Of a stretch of DNA of 64,000 bases, positions 54,862-64,000 are shown piece by piece. Under the pieces are notes generated by a model that saw only the letters and a program-made list of their open reading frames with translations, had not been told where the DNA came from and did not search any database. This stretch comes from an uncultured Pseudomonadota bacterium (GTDB lineage Bacteria > Pseudomonadota > Alphaproteobacteria > Rs-D84). Numbering within the stretch: the first letter of the stretch is position 1; every line of letters starts with the position of its first letter. A program made the position numbers and the translations under genes. The stretch spans positions 210,023 to 274,022 of the forward strand of contig CASFWA010000001.1 in assembly GCA_949298405.1 (NCBI GenBank). The letters are read 5' to 3'.

Positions 54862-56658
54862 ATGAATCAAAAGAATATCAGAAATTTTGCTATTGTTGCT
54901 CATATCGATCATGGTAAATCGACTCTTTCAGATAGATTAATTGAAATTACAGGTGGTTTGCAGTCCAGAGAAATGAAAGCGCAAGTTTTGGATTCTATGG
55001 ATATAGAACGTGAACGCGGAATTACAATTAAAGCACAAACTGTTCGCTTGAATTATACGGCAAAAGACGGACAAACTTATCAACTAAATTTAATGGATAC
55101 ACCTGGACATGTGGACTTTTCTTATGAGGTTTCACGTAGTTTGGCGGCTTGTGAAGGGGCTTTAATCCTTGTCGATGCAACACAAGGTGTGCAGGCGCAG
55201 ACTTTGGCTAATGCGTATTTGGCGTTGGATAACGATTTAGAAATGTTGCCTGTTTTGAATAAGATTGATTTACCTTCTAGTGATGTTGAAGCAGCGCGCG
55301 AACAAATTTCAGATGTTATAGGTTTGGATGCTAAAAATGCTATCTGTGTTTCTGGAAAAACTGGGGCAGGGGTAACAGATTTGTTGGAAGAAATTGTCGC
55401 AAAATTGCCTTCCCCTAGGGGAAATGAAAAGGCTTCAACTCGTGCACTGTTGGTTGATTCTTGGTATGATTCTTATTTAGGTGTTGTTATTTTGGTTCGC
55501 GTTGTTGACGGGCAATTACAACGCGGGCAAAAAATAAAGTTTATGGTGACAGGGGCAGAGTATGTGATTGAAAAAATCGGATATTTTACTCCAAAAATGG
55601 TCGATGCAGATAAATTAGAAACAGGTGAAATTGGGTTCATTATTACTGGTATGAAAACAATTCATGACTGTAAGGTTGGTGATACGATTGTAGATGCAAA
55701 AAATCCTTCTGATGAACCTTTGCCAGGGTTTAAACCTTCTATTCCTGTTGTGTTTTCTTCGTTCTTCCCAGTAGAAGCAGATGACTATCCTAATTTGCGT
55801 GACGGTGCGGAAAAGTTGGCCTTGAATGATGCGTCGTTTATGTTTACTACTGAAAAGTCTTCTGCGTTGGGTTTCGGGTTGCGCTGCGGGTTCTTGGGGC
55901 TGTTGCATATGGAAATTATAAGCGAAAGATTGCGTCGTGAGTTTAATCTTAGTTTGATTAATACTGTCCCAAGTGTGCTTTATAAAGTTCATTTGCGCGA
56001 CGGGAGTGTTACGGATTTAGAAAATCCCGCGGATATGCCAGATTTAACAAGAATTCAGTCCATAGAAGAACCTTGGGTGCGCGCCACTATTATGATGCCA
56101 GATAAGTATATGGGCGGAATAATGTCTTTGTGTTCTGAAAGACGCGGTGTGCAAGAAAATATTTCTTATGTCGGAAATAGGGCGGTATTGGTTTACCTTT
56201 TGCCTTTGGCAGAAATTGTATTTGATTTTTATGATAGAGTAAAATCTTTATCTTCGGGTTACGCTTCGTTTGATTATGTTTTGCATGGATATCAGGCTTC
56301 AGATTTGGTAAAGGTTTCTATTCTTGTCAATGATGAAAATGTAGAACCGTTGTCTTTTATGTGTCACAGAAGTTTTGCTGAAAAACGCGGAAGACAAATT
56401 GTAGAAAAGTTAAAAGATTTAATACCGCGTCATCAGTTTAAAATTCCTTTGCAGGCTGCGATTGGTGGAAAAATTATTGCACGAGAAACGATCGCGGCTT
56501 ATCGTAAAGATGTTACTGCAAAATGTTATGGGGGGGATATTACTCGTAAAAGAAAACTTCTTGAAAAACAGAAAGAGGGAAAAAAACGTATGCGTACTTT
56601 CGGTAATGTAGAAATACCTCAGTCTGCATTTATAAATGCTTTAAAGGTTAATTCTTAA
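54862..56658 (+). CDS. lepA: Elongation factor 4
   Basis: [51 protein letters not shown]. Confidence 0.98.
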   Translation: MNQKNIRNFAIVAHIDHGKSTLSDRLIEITGGLQSREMKAQVLDSMDIERERGITIKAQTVRLNYTAKDGQTYQLNLMDTPGHVDFSYEVSRSLAACEGALILVDATQGVQAQTLANAYLALDNDLEMLPVLNKIDLPSSDVEAAREQISDVIGLDAKNAICVSGKTGAGVTDLLEEIVAKLPSPRGNEKASTRALLVDSWYDSYLGVVILVRVVDGQLQRGQKIKFMVTGAEYVIEKIGYFTPKMVDADKLETGEIGFIITGMKTIHDCKVGDTIVDAKNPSDEPLPGFKPSIPVVFSSFFPVEADDYPNLRDGAEKLALNDASFMFTTEKSSALGFGLRCGFLGLLHMEIISERLRREFNLSLINTVPSVLYKVHLRDGSVTDLENPADMPDLTRIQSIEEPWVRATIMMPDKYMGGIMSLCSERRGVQENISYVGNRAVLVYLLPLAEIVFDFYDRVKSLSSGYASFDYVLHGYQASDLVKVSILVNDENVEPLSFMCHRSFAEKRGRQIVEKLKDLIPRHQFKIPLQAAIGGKIIARETIAAYRKDVTAKCYGGDITRKRKLLEKQKEGKKRMRTFGNVEIPQSAFINALKVNS

Positions 56659-56677
56659 AAAAAAGAGTAGTTTCGGC

Positions 56678-57073
56678 ATGTTGAAAGATTTTTTTAAATA
56701 TTTAATAAGAGCACCTTATTTTTATATGAAAAAGGATTTTAAAGAGTACGCGGAAGTTAAAAAGAAAATAGAAGTGTTGAAAAGAGATTGTGATGATGCG
56801 CGTGAAAAAATTACCAAATATAAGGAATTCTCAGAAAATATTTGTAGGGTAATATATACTTTTCCTATGAGAAGTTTTAGAGAACTAGATAGAGATGTGT
56901 TGTGTAATCAAATCATTCATTGTAAATTTTTTTATGACGAAGATAATTGTCAGAATCAGAATTGTAAATATTATGAAAACAAACTACATTATAACAATAT
57001 AAAAAAAGAATTGGCGAATACTTTATATTTAAAAAAATCTTTTTGGGAAAAAAAGAATGATAAGTTAAAATAA
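56678..57073 (+). CDS. Hypothetical Cys-motif protein (paralog of next gene)
   Basis: F.Y...A....M..DF..Y; C..F.....C....C.YY.N...Y.N...E...K.FW. Confidence 0.7.
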   Translation: MLKDFFKYLIRAPYFYMKKDFKEYAEVKKKIEVLKRDCDDAREKITKYKEFSENICRVIYTFPMRSFRELDRDVLCNQIIHCKFFYDEDNCQNQNCKYYENKLHYNNIKKELANTLYLKKSFWEKKNDKLK

Positions 57074-57101
57074 ATTTATATTAAAGATAAAAGGATATTT
57101 T

Positions 57102-57512
57102 ATGGGAATGTTTTCTTATTTTGTTAGTGCTTCTTGGAAATCTATGCGTGAAGACTTTGAAGATTATATGAGTTTAAGAGAAGAAAGAAGCGCAAAACGT
57201 AAGATTTTTTATGCTGCATGTGATGACTTATATAATAACGTAACTGAAAAGTCCGAATATGATAGTTCTTGTGCTTGTTTTACTAGATTGGATAATACAG
57301 TAAACAATCATTCAGATTCAATTGTATCGCAAGAGTATGAAAAAGTTTGCTCTAATTTTAAACCAGAAAAGTTATGTGCAGTTAAGGATTGCCCATATTA
57401 TTTAAATAATTGGAATTATATTAATACTTTAATGGAATATGGTGAGAGTCAAAGCAAAGTAAAAAATTTTTGGAAAAATAAGTTTAAACAAATACAGGAA
57501 AACAAACGCTAA
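57102..57512 (+). CDS. Hypothetical Cys-motif protein (paralog of previous gene)
   Basis: Same N-terminal and Cys/aromatic pattern; AAAGGA RBS. Confidence 0.72.
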   Translation: MGMFSYFVSASWKSMREDFEDYMSLREERSAKRKIFYAACDDLYNNVTEKSEYDSSCACFTRLDNTVNNHSDSIVSQEYEKVCSNFKPEKLCAVKDCPYYLNNWNYINTLMEYGESQSKVKNFWKNKFKQIQENKR

Positions 57513-57513
57513 A

Positions 57514-58512
57514 ATGGCTCACCAATTCTTTTTTAATCCTTTTATACTAGATAATCTGCCGGCACCAAGTTCTGGATTTGATGTCGTGCAAGATATATCA
57601 GAACCAAGATTGCGCATGTATATAACTAGCCGTGGTGTAAAAAGTTTCTTTGTTAGAAAACGGGTTCACGGTAAGGACAAAAGAATAATAATAGGTAATT
57701 ATCCTGAAACTGATATAGAAACGGCTAGGGCGGCTGTGCCAAATATTTTACAAGAGGCTGCGAAAAAGAAGCCTATTCGTCATAAAAAAATTTTAATGCG
57801 TAAATTGTTAGATTTATATATGACGAATCGGGTTAGAAGAAATAGTTATTCTTATGATAAATTAGAACGTGCTATTGATAGACATTTAAAAACTTTGTTC
57901 GAAAGATATGTTTCAGAAATTTCTTCTCTGGATATTGCAAATGTTATTAGTGCGATAGAAGGTCGGGCGATTGCAGGTAGAATGCAGGAATTTTTGCAAA
58001 GTGTTTTTAAATATGCTATTGATATTGGATATTCTAAACAGAACCCTGTATTAGGGTTACCGAAGATAGAACAAAAACGTCGCGTTAGACCTTTAAATAA
58101 ATTCGGGTTTAATAAGCTTGTTCGTGTTATAGAAAAAGAAAAAAATCAGAATCTTCGTGCTGCTTTCTTAATGCTGATTTATGGTTTTGCGCCAAAATCA
58201 AAGATTTTTTCTATGCAATGGAAAGACCTTGATTTTAACCATTATACTTGGTGTGACAGACCTTTGTCGGATGCAGCGGTTGTTTTGTTGCAGGATTTAC
58301 CACAAGATAGTAAGTGGGTGTTCCCTGGTCGTGGTAGAGGACATTTAACAGACCCAAGATTAGCATGGAAACATATTGCAGAAAAAGCAGGTATCCCAAA
58401 TTTAACAATGGATGATGTTTATAAGTTTTTATCCCGTCAACTTGTTTGGGCTTCTGATAAAGAAGATTTTAGAGCAAATATGAATGCTGTTATTGATGAT
58501 GTGATGGCCTAA
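57514..58512 (+). CDS. Tyrosine-recombinase-like protein with Arm DNA-binding domain; catalytic residues degenerate
   Basis: Arm domain (D...PRL....T.RGVKSF...IG.YP...AR), core-binding domain (F.YA...G...NP), W.DLD, WVFP; R, HxxR, LGH and Y absent. Confidence 0.8.
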   Translation: MAHQFFFNPFILDNLPAPSSGFDVVQDISEPRLRMYITSRGVKSFFVRKRVHGKDKRIIIGNYPETDIETARAAVPNILQEAAKKKPIRHKKILMRKLLDLYMTNRVRRNSYSYDKLERAIDRHLKTLFERYVSEISSLDIANVISAIEGRAIAGRMQEFLQSVFKYAIDIGYSKQNPVLGLPKIEQKRRVRPLNKFGFNKLVRVIEKEKNQNLRAAFLMLIYGFAPKSKIFSMQWKDLDFNHYTWCDRPLSDAAVVLLQDLPQDSKWVFPGRGRGHLTDPRLAWKHIAEKAGIPNLTMDDVYKFLSRQLVWASDKEDFRANMNAVIDDVMA

Positions 58513-58645
58513 TCATAGAAAAGTGCTTTTGTCAAGTTTTGTTATTGTTTGTTATAATTTCTTGACACTGTTGTCATAAAATGATAGTTTTTATTAATGA
58601 CGCCCATGGTTGGGCCAAAAATTTAACTGAAACAAAGGATAAAAA

Positions 58646-58879
58646 ATGACAACTTTTGAAAAAGTAAAAAAAATTGTAACTGAAAAATTGGGCGTTTCAG
58701 AAGCAGAAGTTACAGAAGAAGCATCTTTCATTAATGATTTGGGTGCTGATTCTTTGGACGTTGTTGAATTCATCATGGAAGTTGAAAAAGAATTTGATAT
58801 CACTATTTCTGATGAAGATGCAACAAAGTTAGTTACAGTTGGTGATGCAGTTAAATATATCGAAGCTCATCAGAAATAA
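58646..58879 (+). CDS. acpP: Acyl carrier protein
   Basis: [16 protein letters not shown]. Confidence 0.97.
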   Translation: MTTFEKVKKIVTEKLGVSEAEVTEEASFINDLGADSLDVVEFIMEVEKEFDITISDEDATKLVTVGDAVKYIEAHQK

Positions 58880-59016
58880 TAGTTTGTAATGAAACTTTGG
58901 TAAAGATTATAATCCGTCTCGCATTTGTTTGTGGTGACGGATTTTTTTCTGTACGTTTTACCAGAAACAGGTTATTATATAACCAATCGATTAAAACTTT
59001 ATAAAGGATGTTTAGT

Positions 59017-60270
59017 ATGAAAAGAGTTGTTATTACTGGTATGGGAATTGTGTCTCCTGTTGGTACTGGTATCGAATACGCATGGAAGAATATCGTAAAT
59101 GGAGTTTCCGGGGTACGTAAAATTGATACGTTTGATGTGTCCGATTTGAATTCTCAGATTGCAGGGTTGCCAGTCGTTGGTACAGAACCAGGGCAATATA
59201 ATCCAGATGCAGTTGTGGAACCACGTGAACAACGTAAAATGGATAAGTCTATTGTTTATGGTATGGTCGCTGCTGATGAGGCTATTCGTGATGCAGGGTT
59301 AATAGACTATGATGGTGATAAAAATCGTATAGGGGTTTCTGTCGGTGCAGGTATCGGTGGCTTAAATACTATCTATGATAATTGTGTCGAATTGTATGCA
59401 GGTGGCCCGCGTCGTATAAGCCCCTTCTTTATACCAAAAGCAATTATTAATATGACTGCTGGGAATATTTCAATTAAGTACGGTTTGAAAGGACCAAATT
59501 TATCTGTTGTGACTGCATGTGCGTCTGCGGCTCATTCTATTGGTGAAGCAGTTCGTTTGATTCAGCATGGTGATGCAGATGTTATGATTGCAGGTGGTGC
59601 AGAAGGTGCAGTCGGTAAAATTGGTGTTGCTGGGTTCTGTGCAATGAAGGCTTTAAGTACTCGTAATGATGACCCTGCTGGTGCTTCTCGACCTTGGGAT
59701 AAAAATCGTGATGGTTTCGTTATGGCAGAAGGCGCTGGTATCTTGGTCTTGGAAGAATACGAACATGCGGTTGCGCGTGGCGCAAAAATTTATGCCGAAG
59801 TTGCTGGATATGGTTTATCTGGTGACGCGTATCATATTACTGCGCCGGCTCCTGGTGGGGAAGGCGGTATGCGTGCAATGCAGGCGGCTTTAAAAGATGC
59901 TGGGTTGCAACCAAAAGACGTTGATTATATTAATGCGCATGGTACATCAACTGGGTTAGGTGATATGGGTGAATTGACCGCAGTTAAGACCTTGTTTGCA
60001 GGAACTGATGCATGTATGTCTTCAACTAAATCTATGACAGGGCACTTGTTGGGTGCGGCTGGCGCGGTTGAGTCTATATTCTGTGTATTGGCGATTCGTG
60101 ACGGTATTGTCCCGCCAACAATTAATTTACAAGACCCAGAAGATGAAGTTGGTGATTTCAACTTGGTTCCGAATAAAGCACAAAAACGTGATGTTAAAGT
60201 TGCGTTAAGCAATTCGTTCGGGTTCGGTGGTACAAATGCAAGTTTGATTTTGAAAAAATTTGAAAAGTAA
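59017..60270 (+). CDS. fabF: Beta-ketoacyl-ACP synthase II
   Basis: RVVITGMG, TACAS, INAHGTST, GHLLGAAG, NSFGFGGTN. Confidence 0.97.
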   Translation: MKRVVITGMGIVSPVGTGIEYAWKNIVNGVSGVRKIDTFDVSDLNSQIAGLPVVGTEPGQYNPDAVVEPREQRKMDKSIVYGMVAADEAIRDAGLIDYDGDKNRIGVSVGAGIGGLNTIYDNCVELYAGGPRRISPFFIPKAIINMTAGNISIKYGLKGPNLSVVTACASAAHSIGEAVRLIQHGDADVMIAGGAEGAVGKIGVAGFCAMKALSTRNDDPAGASRPWDKNRDGFVMAEGAGILVLEEYEHAVARGAKIYAEVAGYGLSGDAYHITAPAPGGEGGMRAMQAALKDAGLQPKDVDYINAHGTSTGLGDMGELTAVKTLFAGTDACMSSTKSMTGHLLGAAGAVESIFCVLAIRDGIVPPTINLQDPEDEVGDFNLVPNKAQKRDVKVALSNSFGFGGTNASLILKKFEK

Positions 60271-60290
60271 AAATTACAACTGTATTTGAT

Positions 60291-60319
60291 AAAAACGCGG
60301 GTTTTACCCGCGTTTTTTT
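60291..60319. terminator. Bidirectional intrinsic terminator
   Basis: AAAAACGCGGG-tttta-CCCGCGTTTTT. Confidence 0.85.
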
Positions 60320-60331
60320 CTTATGTGTTTT

Positions 60332-62014
60332 TTATTTTTCTTCGTCTTTACCAAGACCAATTGTACTTTTGATTGGTTCGATAATTGTATTCTTGGCACT
60401 GTCTAATGTGCGAATTAAAGCACGACGAATTTTGCCGCTAATCGTCATAGGCAGGCTATCTACGAATTCTATCACTCGTGGATATTTATATGATGCAGTG
60501 CGACTTCTTACATGGTCTTGTAATTGACGGATTAGAATGTCGGTTGATTGGAAGTATTTATTTAATACTATTGTTGCTTTAACCGCCATACCACGCGATG
60601 GGTCTGGAATACCTGTTACTGCTACTTCGCGAACGGCTGGATGTTCCAGTAATACACTTTCTACTTCAAATGGGCTTACGCGATAACCAGATGTTTTTAT
60701 TAAATCGTCGTTTCTGCCGACAAACCAATAATATCCATCCGAATCGCGATATGCTACATCGCCTGTGTGGTAATAACCATCACGAAATACTTGTGATGTT
60801 AATTTTTCGTTTTTATGATAGCCCTGGAACAGTCCTGTTGGACGGGCGTCTTTTAGGGAAACACAGATTTCACCCACTGTGCCGTCTGGAACGGGACGGC
60901 CACTTTCGTCTAATAATTGAACATCCCAACCCGCCGCAGGCATTCCCATACTGCCTGGTTTTGGTTCAATCCATTCATTGCAAAATAACATCACGCATGT
61001 TTCTGTTTGTCCGAAACCTTCATGTAGCTTTATGCCAGTTGCTTTAAAGAAGCGTTCGAATACTTCTGGATTTAAAGCTTCACCAGCGATATCTGCTTTC
61101 TTTAATGAAGATATATCGTATTTTGTAAAGTCTGCATGTATTAACATTTTATATACCGTTGGTGGTGCACAGAATGATGTAATATGATTTTCAGAAATTG
61201 CAGTTAATAAATCGTGGGCTGTTGCAATACTTGAAAAATCAAATACAAATACTGTTGCACCAGCCAGCCATTGACCGTACATCTTGCCCCATGAACATTT
61301 GGCCCATCCCGATTCAGATAAAGTAAAGTGAATGTCATCATCTTTTAAACGTTGCCAAAATAGAGCAGTATTTATATGCCCCAGGGGATATATGAAATTA
61401 TGTGCAACCATTTTTGGCATATCTGTTGTGCCACTAGTAAAGTAAATTACCATTGTGTCTGTATTCTCGTTGTAAACACGTTCTAGGGTTTCAGGCATTT
61501 TAGATAAAGAATCTGCAACTTCATCATTTGTTATGAATTGTATTTCTTTATCACCGATAGCGTTTTTAATTTCGTTTACAACATGACCGTCATCAAATGC
61601 AATGATTGCTTTTACATCGGCCTGTTGAATACGGTATTCAATATCTTCTGTTTTTAACTGGTTCGTTGAAGGAATAGGAATTACCCCGATTTTATGCATC
61701 GCTAACATTAAAATCCAATATTCCCAACGACGGCGTAAAAATAAAAGTACTGTATCGCCTTTTTTTAAGCCGCGACTTGATAGAAAATTGGCAGCCGCGT
61801 TCGACATTTTTGATAAATCTTTGAAAGTAAAAGATTTCTTTTCCCCTGAATCATTTGTCCAAAGTAGTGCAACTTTATCTGGTTCTTCATTTGCAAGCAC
61901 ATCAATTACGTCATAAGAAAAATTAAAGTTGCTAGGAATTTGTGGGGCACCGTTTTCTATGTAATCTTTATAATCGTCAAATTTGTTTTTCTTTAAAAAT
62001 TTAAGTGCATACAT
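60332..62014 (-). CDS. Acyl-CoA/acetyl-CoA synthetase (AMP-binding)
   Basis: FTSGTT..PK, EGFGQTET, YHTGD, GR.DD.IK.SGYR, ISGKI.R; ATG at 62014 preferred. Confidence 0.92.
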   Translation of the reverse strand: MYALKFLKKNKFDDYKDYIENGAPQIPSNFNFSYDVIDVLANEEPDKVALLWTNDSGEKKSFTFKDLSKMSNAAANFLSSRGLKKGDTVLLFLRRRWEYWILMLAMHKIGVIPIPSTNQLKTEDIEYRIQQADVKAIIAFDDGHVVNEIKNAIGDKEIQFITNDEVADSLSKMPETLERVYNENTDTMVIYFTSGTTDMPKMVAHNFIYPLGHINTALFWQRLKDDDIHFTLSESGWAKCSWGKMYGQWLAGATVFVFDFSSIATAHDLLTAISENHITSFCAPPTVYKMLIHADFTKYDISSLKKADIAGEALNPEVFERFFKATGIKLHEGFGQTETCVMLFCNEWIEPKPGSMGMPAAGWDVQLLDESGRPVPDGTVGEICVSLKDARPTGLFQGYHKNEKLTSQVFRDGYYHTGDVAYRDSDGYYWFVGRNDDLIKTSGYRVSPFEVESVLLEHPAVREVAVTGIPDPSRGMAVKATIVLNKYFQSTDILIRQLQDHVRSRTASYKYPRVIEFVDSLPMTISGKIRRALIRTLDSAKNTIIEPIKSTIGLGKDEEK

Positions 62015-62150
62015 ATATGTATCCTTTATAAATTTATACCTTCGCAAAGAAAAGTATTGCAGATATTTTTTATAAGTGAAAGAAAAATAACATATAAAAA
62101 GAGTTGATTTTTTTGGCGTCCAGTAGCATAATCCGGCTACTTAGATTGTG

Positions 62151-62227
62151 CGGAGTGTAGCTCAGTCTGGTAGAGTGCTACGTTCGGGACGTAGAGGTCG
62201 CTGGTTCGAACCCAGTCACTCCGACCA
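62151..62227 (+). tRNA. tRNA-Pro (CGG)
   Basis: CGGAGTG/CACTCCG acceptor, CTACG-TTCGGGA-CGTAG anticodon arm, GGTTCGAACCC, encoded CCA. Confidence 0.97.
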
Positions 62228-62299
62228 AAAGTTTTTCAGTATTTAAGTGATAAATTTTACTTTTGCAATTTGTCTTTTATTTGTAATAATTTGTCGGTC

Positions 62300-63304
62300 A
62301 TGAAAAAAAGAAAACTTTCAAAAAATATTATCTTTAAATCAGTCGGGCTTTTTGCTGGACTGCTATTGTTATTCTTATTTTATTTTTTTGGTGTCAAATC
62401 TACAGTAAAAAATGATTCTCTTTTCGAAGTCGCTAAGGGGGCTAGTGTTTCAGCAATTGCTTCTCAGTTGCAGGATTATGGCTTAATCGATTCTATTCCG
62501 ATGTTTAAAATAGCTGTGCGTGGTAATGGTGGTAAAATACAAACTGGTAAATATGAAATACCAGAAGGAACAAGTGTTTGGCGCATTGCACGTATGTTTG
62601 CAACTGGTGATATTGCAACCGTCACAGTTGTTGTTCCAGAAGGATTAACAGTTAAGCAAATAAAGCAGTTGTTGTTAGATACTCCTACATTGACAGGTTC
62701 TGTTGAGTGTGGAAAAGGTACTGACTTGCCTGTGTGCGATTTGCATGATGGTGATCTGTTCCCAGATACTTATAAAGTTGCCAGGGGAACTTCCAGATTG
62801 GCGTTCTTGGATTTGATGCGTAAAAAAATGGATGATACAAAAGCAGTTTGGGAAAAAACTGGTCGAATGATGCCAAAGCAACTTAAAAATTGGAATGATA
62901 TTATTACTTTGGCTTCTATCGTTCAAAAAGAAACACCAAAAGCATCCGAAATGCCGATAGTAGCAAGCGTTTATTTAAATCGTCTTGAAAAAGGTATGCG
63001 TTTGCAAGCAGACCCAACTGTCGTTTATGCTATTACTAATGGGGTGGGAGATATGCAAGGCGCACCTTTATTGCGGGGGCATCTGAAAGTAGAAAGCCCT
63101 TATAATACTTATGTACGTTATGGGGTGCCGCCAGCACCAATAGCAAATGTTGGAATGGATGCTATAAAATCGGTTTTGCAACCAGCGGATACAAATTATT
63201 TATTCTTTGTCGCAGATGGAAATGGTGGACATAAGTTTTCAAAATCTTATGAAGAACATATGAAAAATCATGCCAATTGGCGTAAAATAAAAAACAGTAA
63301 ATAA
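62300..63304 (+). CDS. mltG: Endolytic transglycosylase
   Basis: PEG, LFPDTY, LASIVQKET, VYLNRL..GMRLQADPT, SPYNTY, YLFFVADG.GGH.FS. Confidence 0.95.
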   Translation: MKKRKLSKNIIFKSVGLFAGLLLLFLFYFFGVKSTVKNDSLFEVAKGASVSAIASQLQDYGLIDSIPMFKIAVRGNGGKIQTGKYEIPEGTSVWRIARMFATGDIATVTVVVPEGLTVKQIKQLLLDTPTLTGSVECGKGTDLPVCDLHDGDLFPDTYKVARGTSRLAFLDLMRKKMDDTKAVWEKTGRMMPKQLKNWNDIITLASIVQKETPKASEMPIVASVYLNRLEKGMRLQADPTVVYAITNGVGDMQGAPLLRGHLKVESPYNTYVRYGVPPAPIANVGMDAIKSVLQPADTNYLFFVADGNGGHKFSKSYEEHMKNHANWRKIKNSK

Positions 63305-63544
63305 TTTTTATTTGTTATGTTTTTTAATAATTATATTTGTTTAATGCTTTGAAAGCCTTGAAATATGCGTGTTTGGTTGTGTCAATAAGAATCTAATCCG
63401 AATCACAAATCCGCCTGATTATAGCATATTTCCGGGCTTTTTGCAAAAATCTTTTAACTTGAAAATGGTTTAGGTTGCGGTCTAAAATATTCCTAGCTAG
63501 ATAAATATTTTCTAGTTTGAATAACTCAACTGAAAGGATAGAGT

Positions 63545-64000
63545 ATGAAAAAAGTAGTTTTAACATCATTGTTGGCTGTTTTTGCTGTGTCGGGCGCAAA
63601 TGCTGCTGTTATTAATGATAATCCATTGTATCGTCCAGATGCAGGAAAGTTCTACAGCATGACAGAATTATCTTCTAATACAAATTCTACAACTTTAGTA
63701 AATTTGGACGAAGAATTTGGTTATGGTATTACTGATAGACTGGCTGTTGGTGTTGCAATGTCTATGGCGGAAAATAATTGGTTTGATCAATCTCAATGGG
63801 GTACATTGGGAATTGGTGTAAATTATCGTCTGTTAGATATGGCTAATTGGAAAGCAGATGTTTACGGTAGTTATGGCGTTAACCCTGTTTGGGATTATGG
63901 CGCAAGTTTTATGGATGAAGACCTGACTTGGTACAATTGGAATGTCGGCGTTCGCGCAGGTTATATGACAGGCGCTTGGACTGTTGCAGGACACGTTGAT
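63545..64000 (+). CDS. Outer-membrane beta-barrel/porin-like protein, 3'-partial (not in ORF track)
   Basis: AAAGGA RBS; MKKVVLTSLLAVFAVSGANA|AVINDNPLYRP...GYGITDRLAVG...; open to the window end. Confidence 0.75.
   Translation, partial: MKKVVLTSLLAVFAVSGANAAVINDNPLYRPDAGKFYSMTELSSNTNSTTLVNLDEEFGYGITDRLAVGVAMSMAENNWFDQSQWGTLGIGVNYRLLDMANWKADVYGSYGVNPVWDYGASFMDEDLTWYNWNVGVRAGYMTGAWTVAGHVD

Noticed and set aside
57514..58512. Active integrative element
   Set aside because: Catalytic residues missing; no att repeats, adjacent tRNA or cargo boundary seen

Overview
AT-rich bacterial chromosomal segment of a diderm organism. It is most consistent with a small-genome Alphaproteobacterium; an Rs-D84/'Ca. 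Enterousia'-like gut lineage is my unverified inference from gene style. About 60 CDSs are present, mostly housekeeping (miaB, gatCAB, sufBC, rpsT, plsY/plsC, dprA, dnaA, parE, dnaJ, uvrC, dnaN, ppa, efp, fba, tolB/pal, ftsEX, rbfA, lepA, acpP-fabF, mltG), plus tRNA-Phe(GAA) and tRNA-Pro(CGG). Scattered type IVb pilus genes, a diadenylate cyclase and a four-gene cluster of signal-peptide-bearing, tail-fibre-like repeat proteins are also present. No CRISPR array, rRNA, IS element or intact prophage is visible. The most striking signal is three unannotated, sequence-divergent but structurally congruent ~180-200 nt leaders (33790-33960 +, 40889-41068 -, 52546-52747 +). Each has a sigma70-like promoter, a target hairpin with an 8-nt loop, a tRNA-like core ending in N-CC(A/T), and a mutually exclusive terminator. 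This is the architecture of phage C4/CI antisense-RNA modules, but here each copy carries its own co-varying recognition code and precedes a stand-alone secreted/envelope gene. Other oddities are a DnaA lacking key AAA+ arginines, a catalytically dead but intact integrase, and a 12-bp periodic array over the promoter of an RHH-DinD operon.
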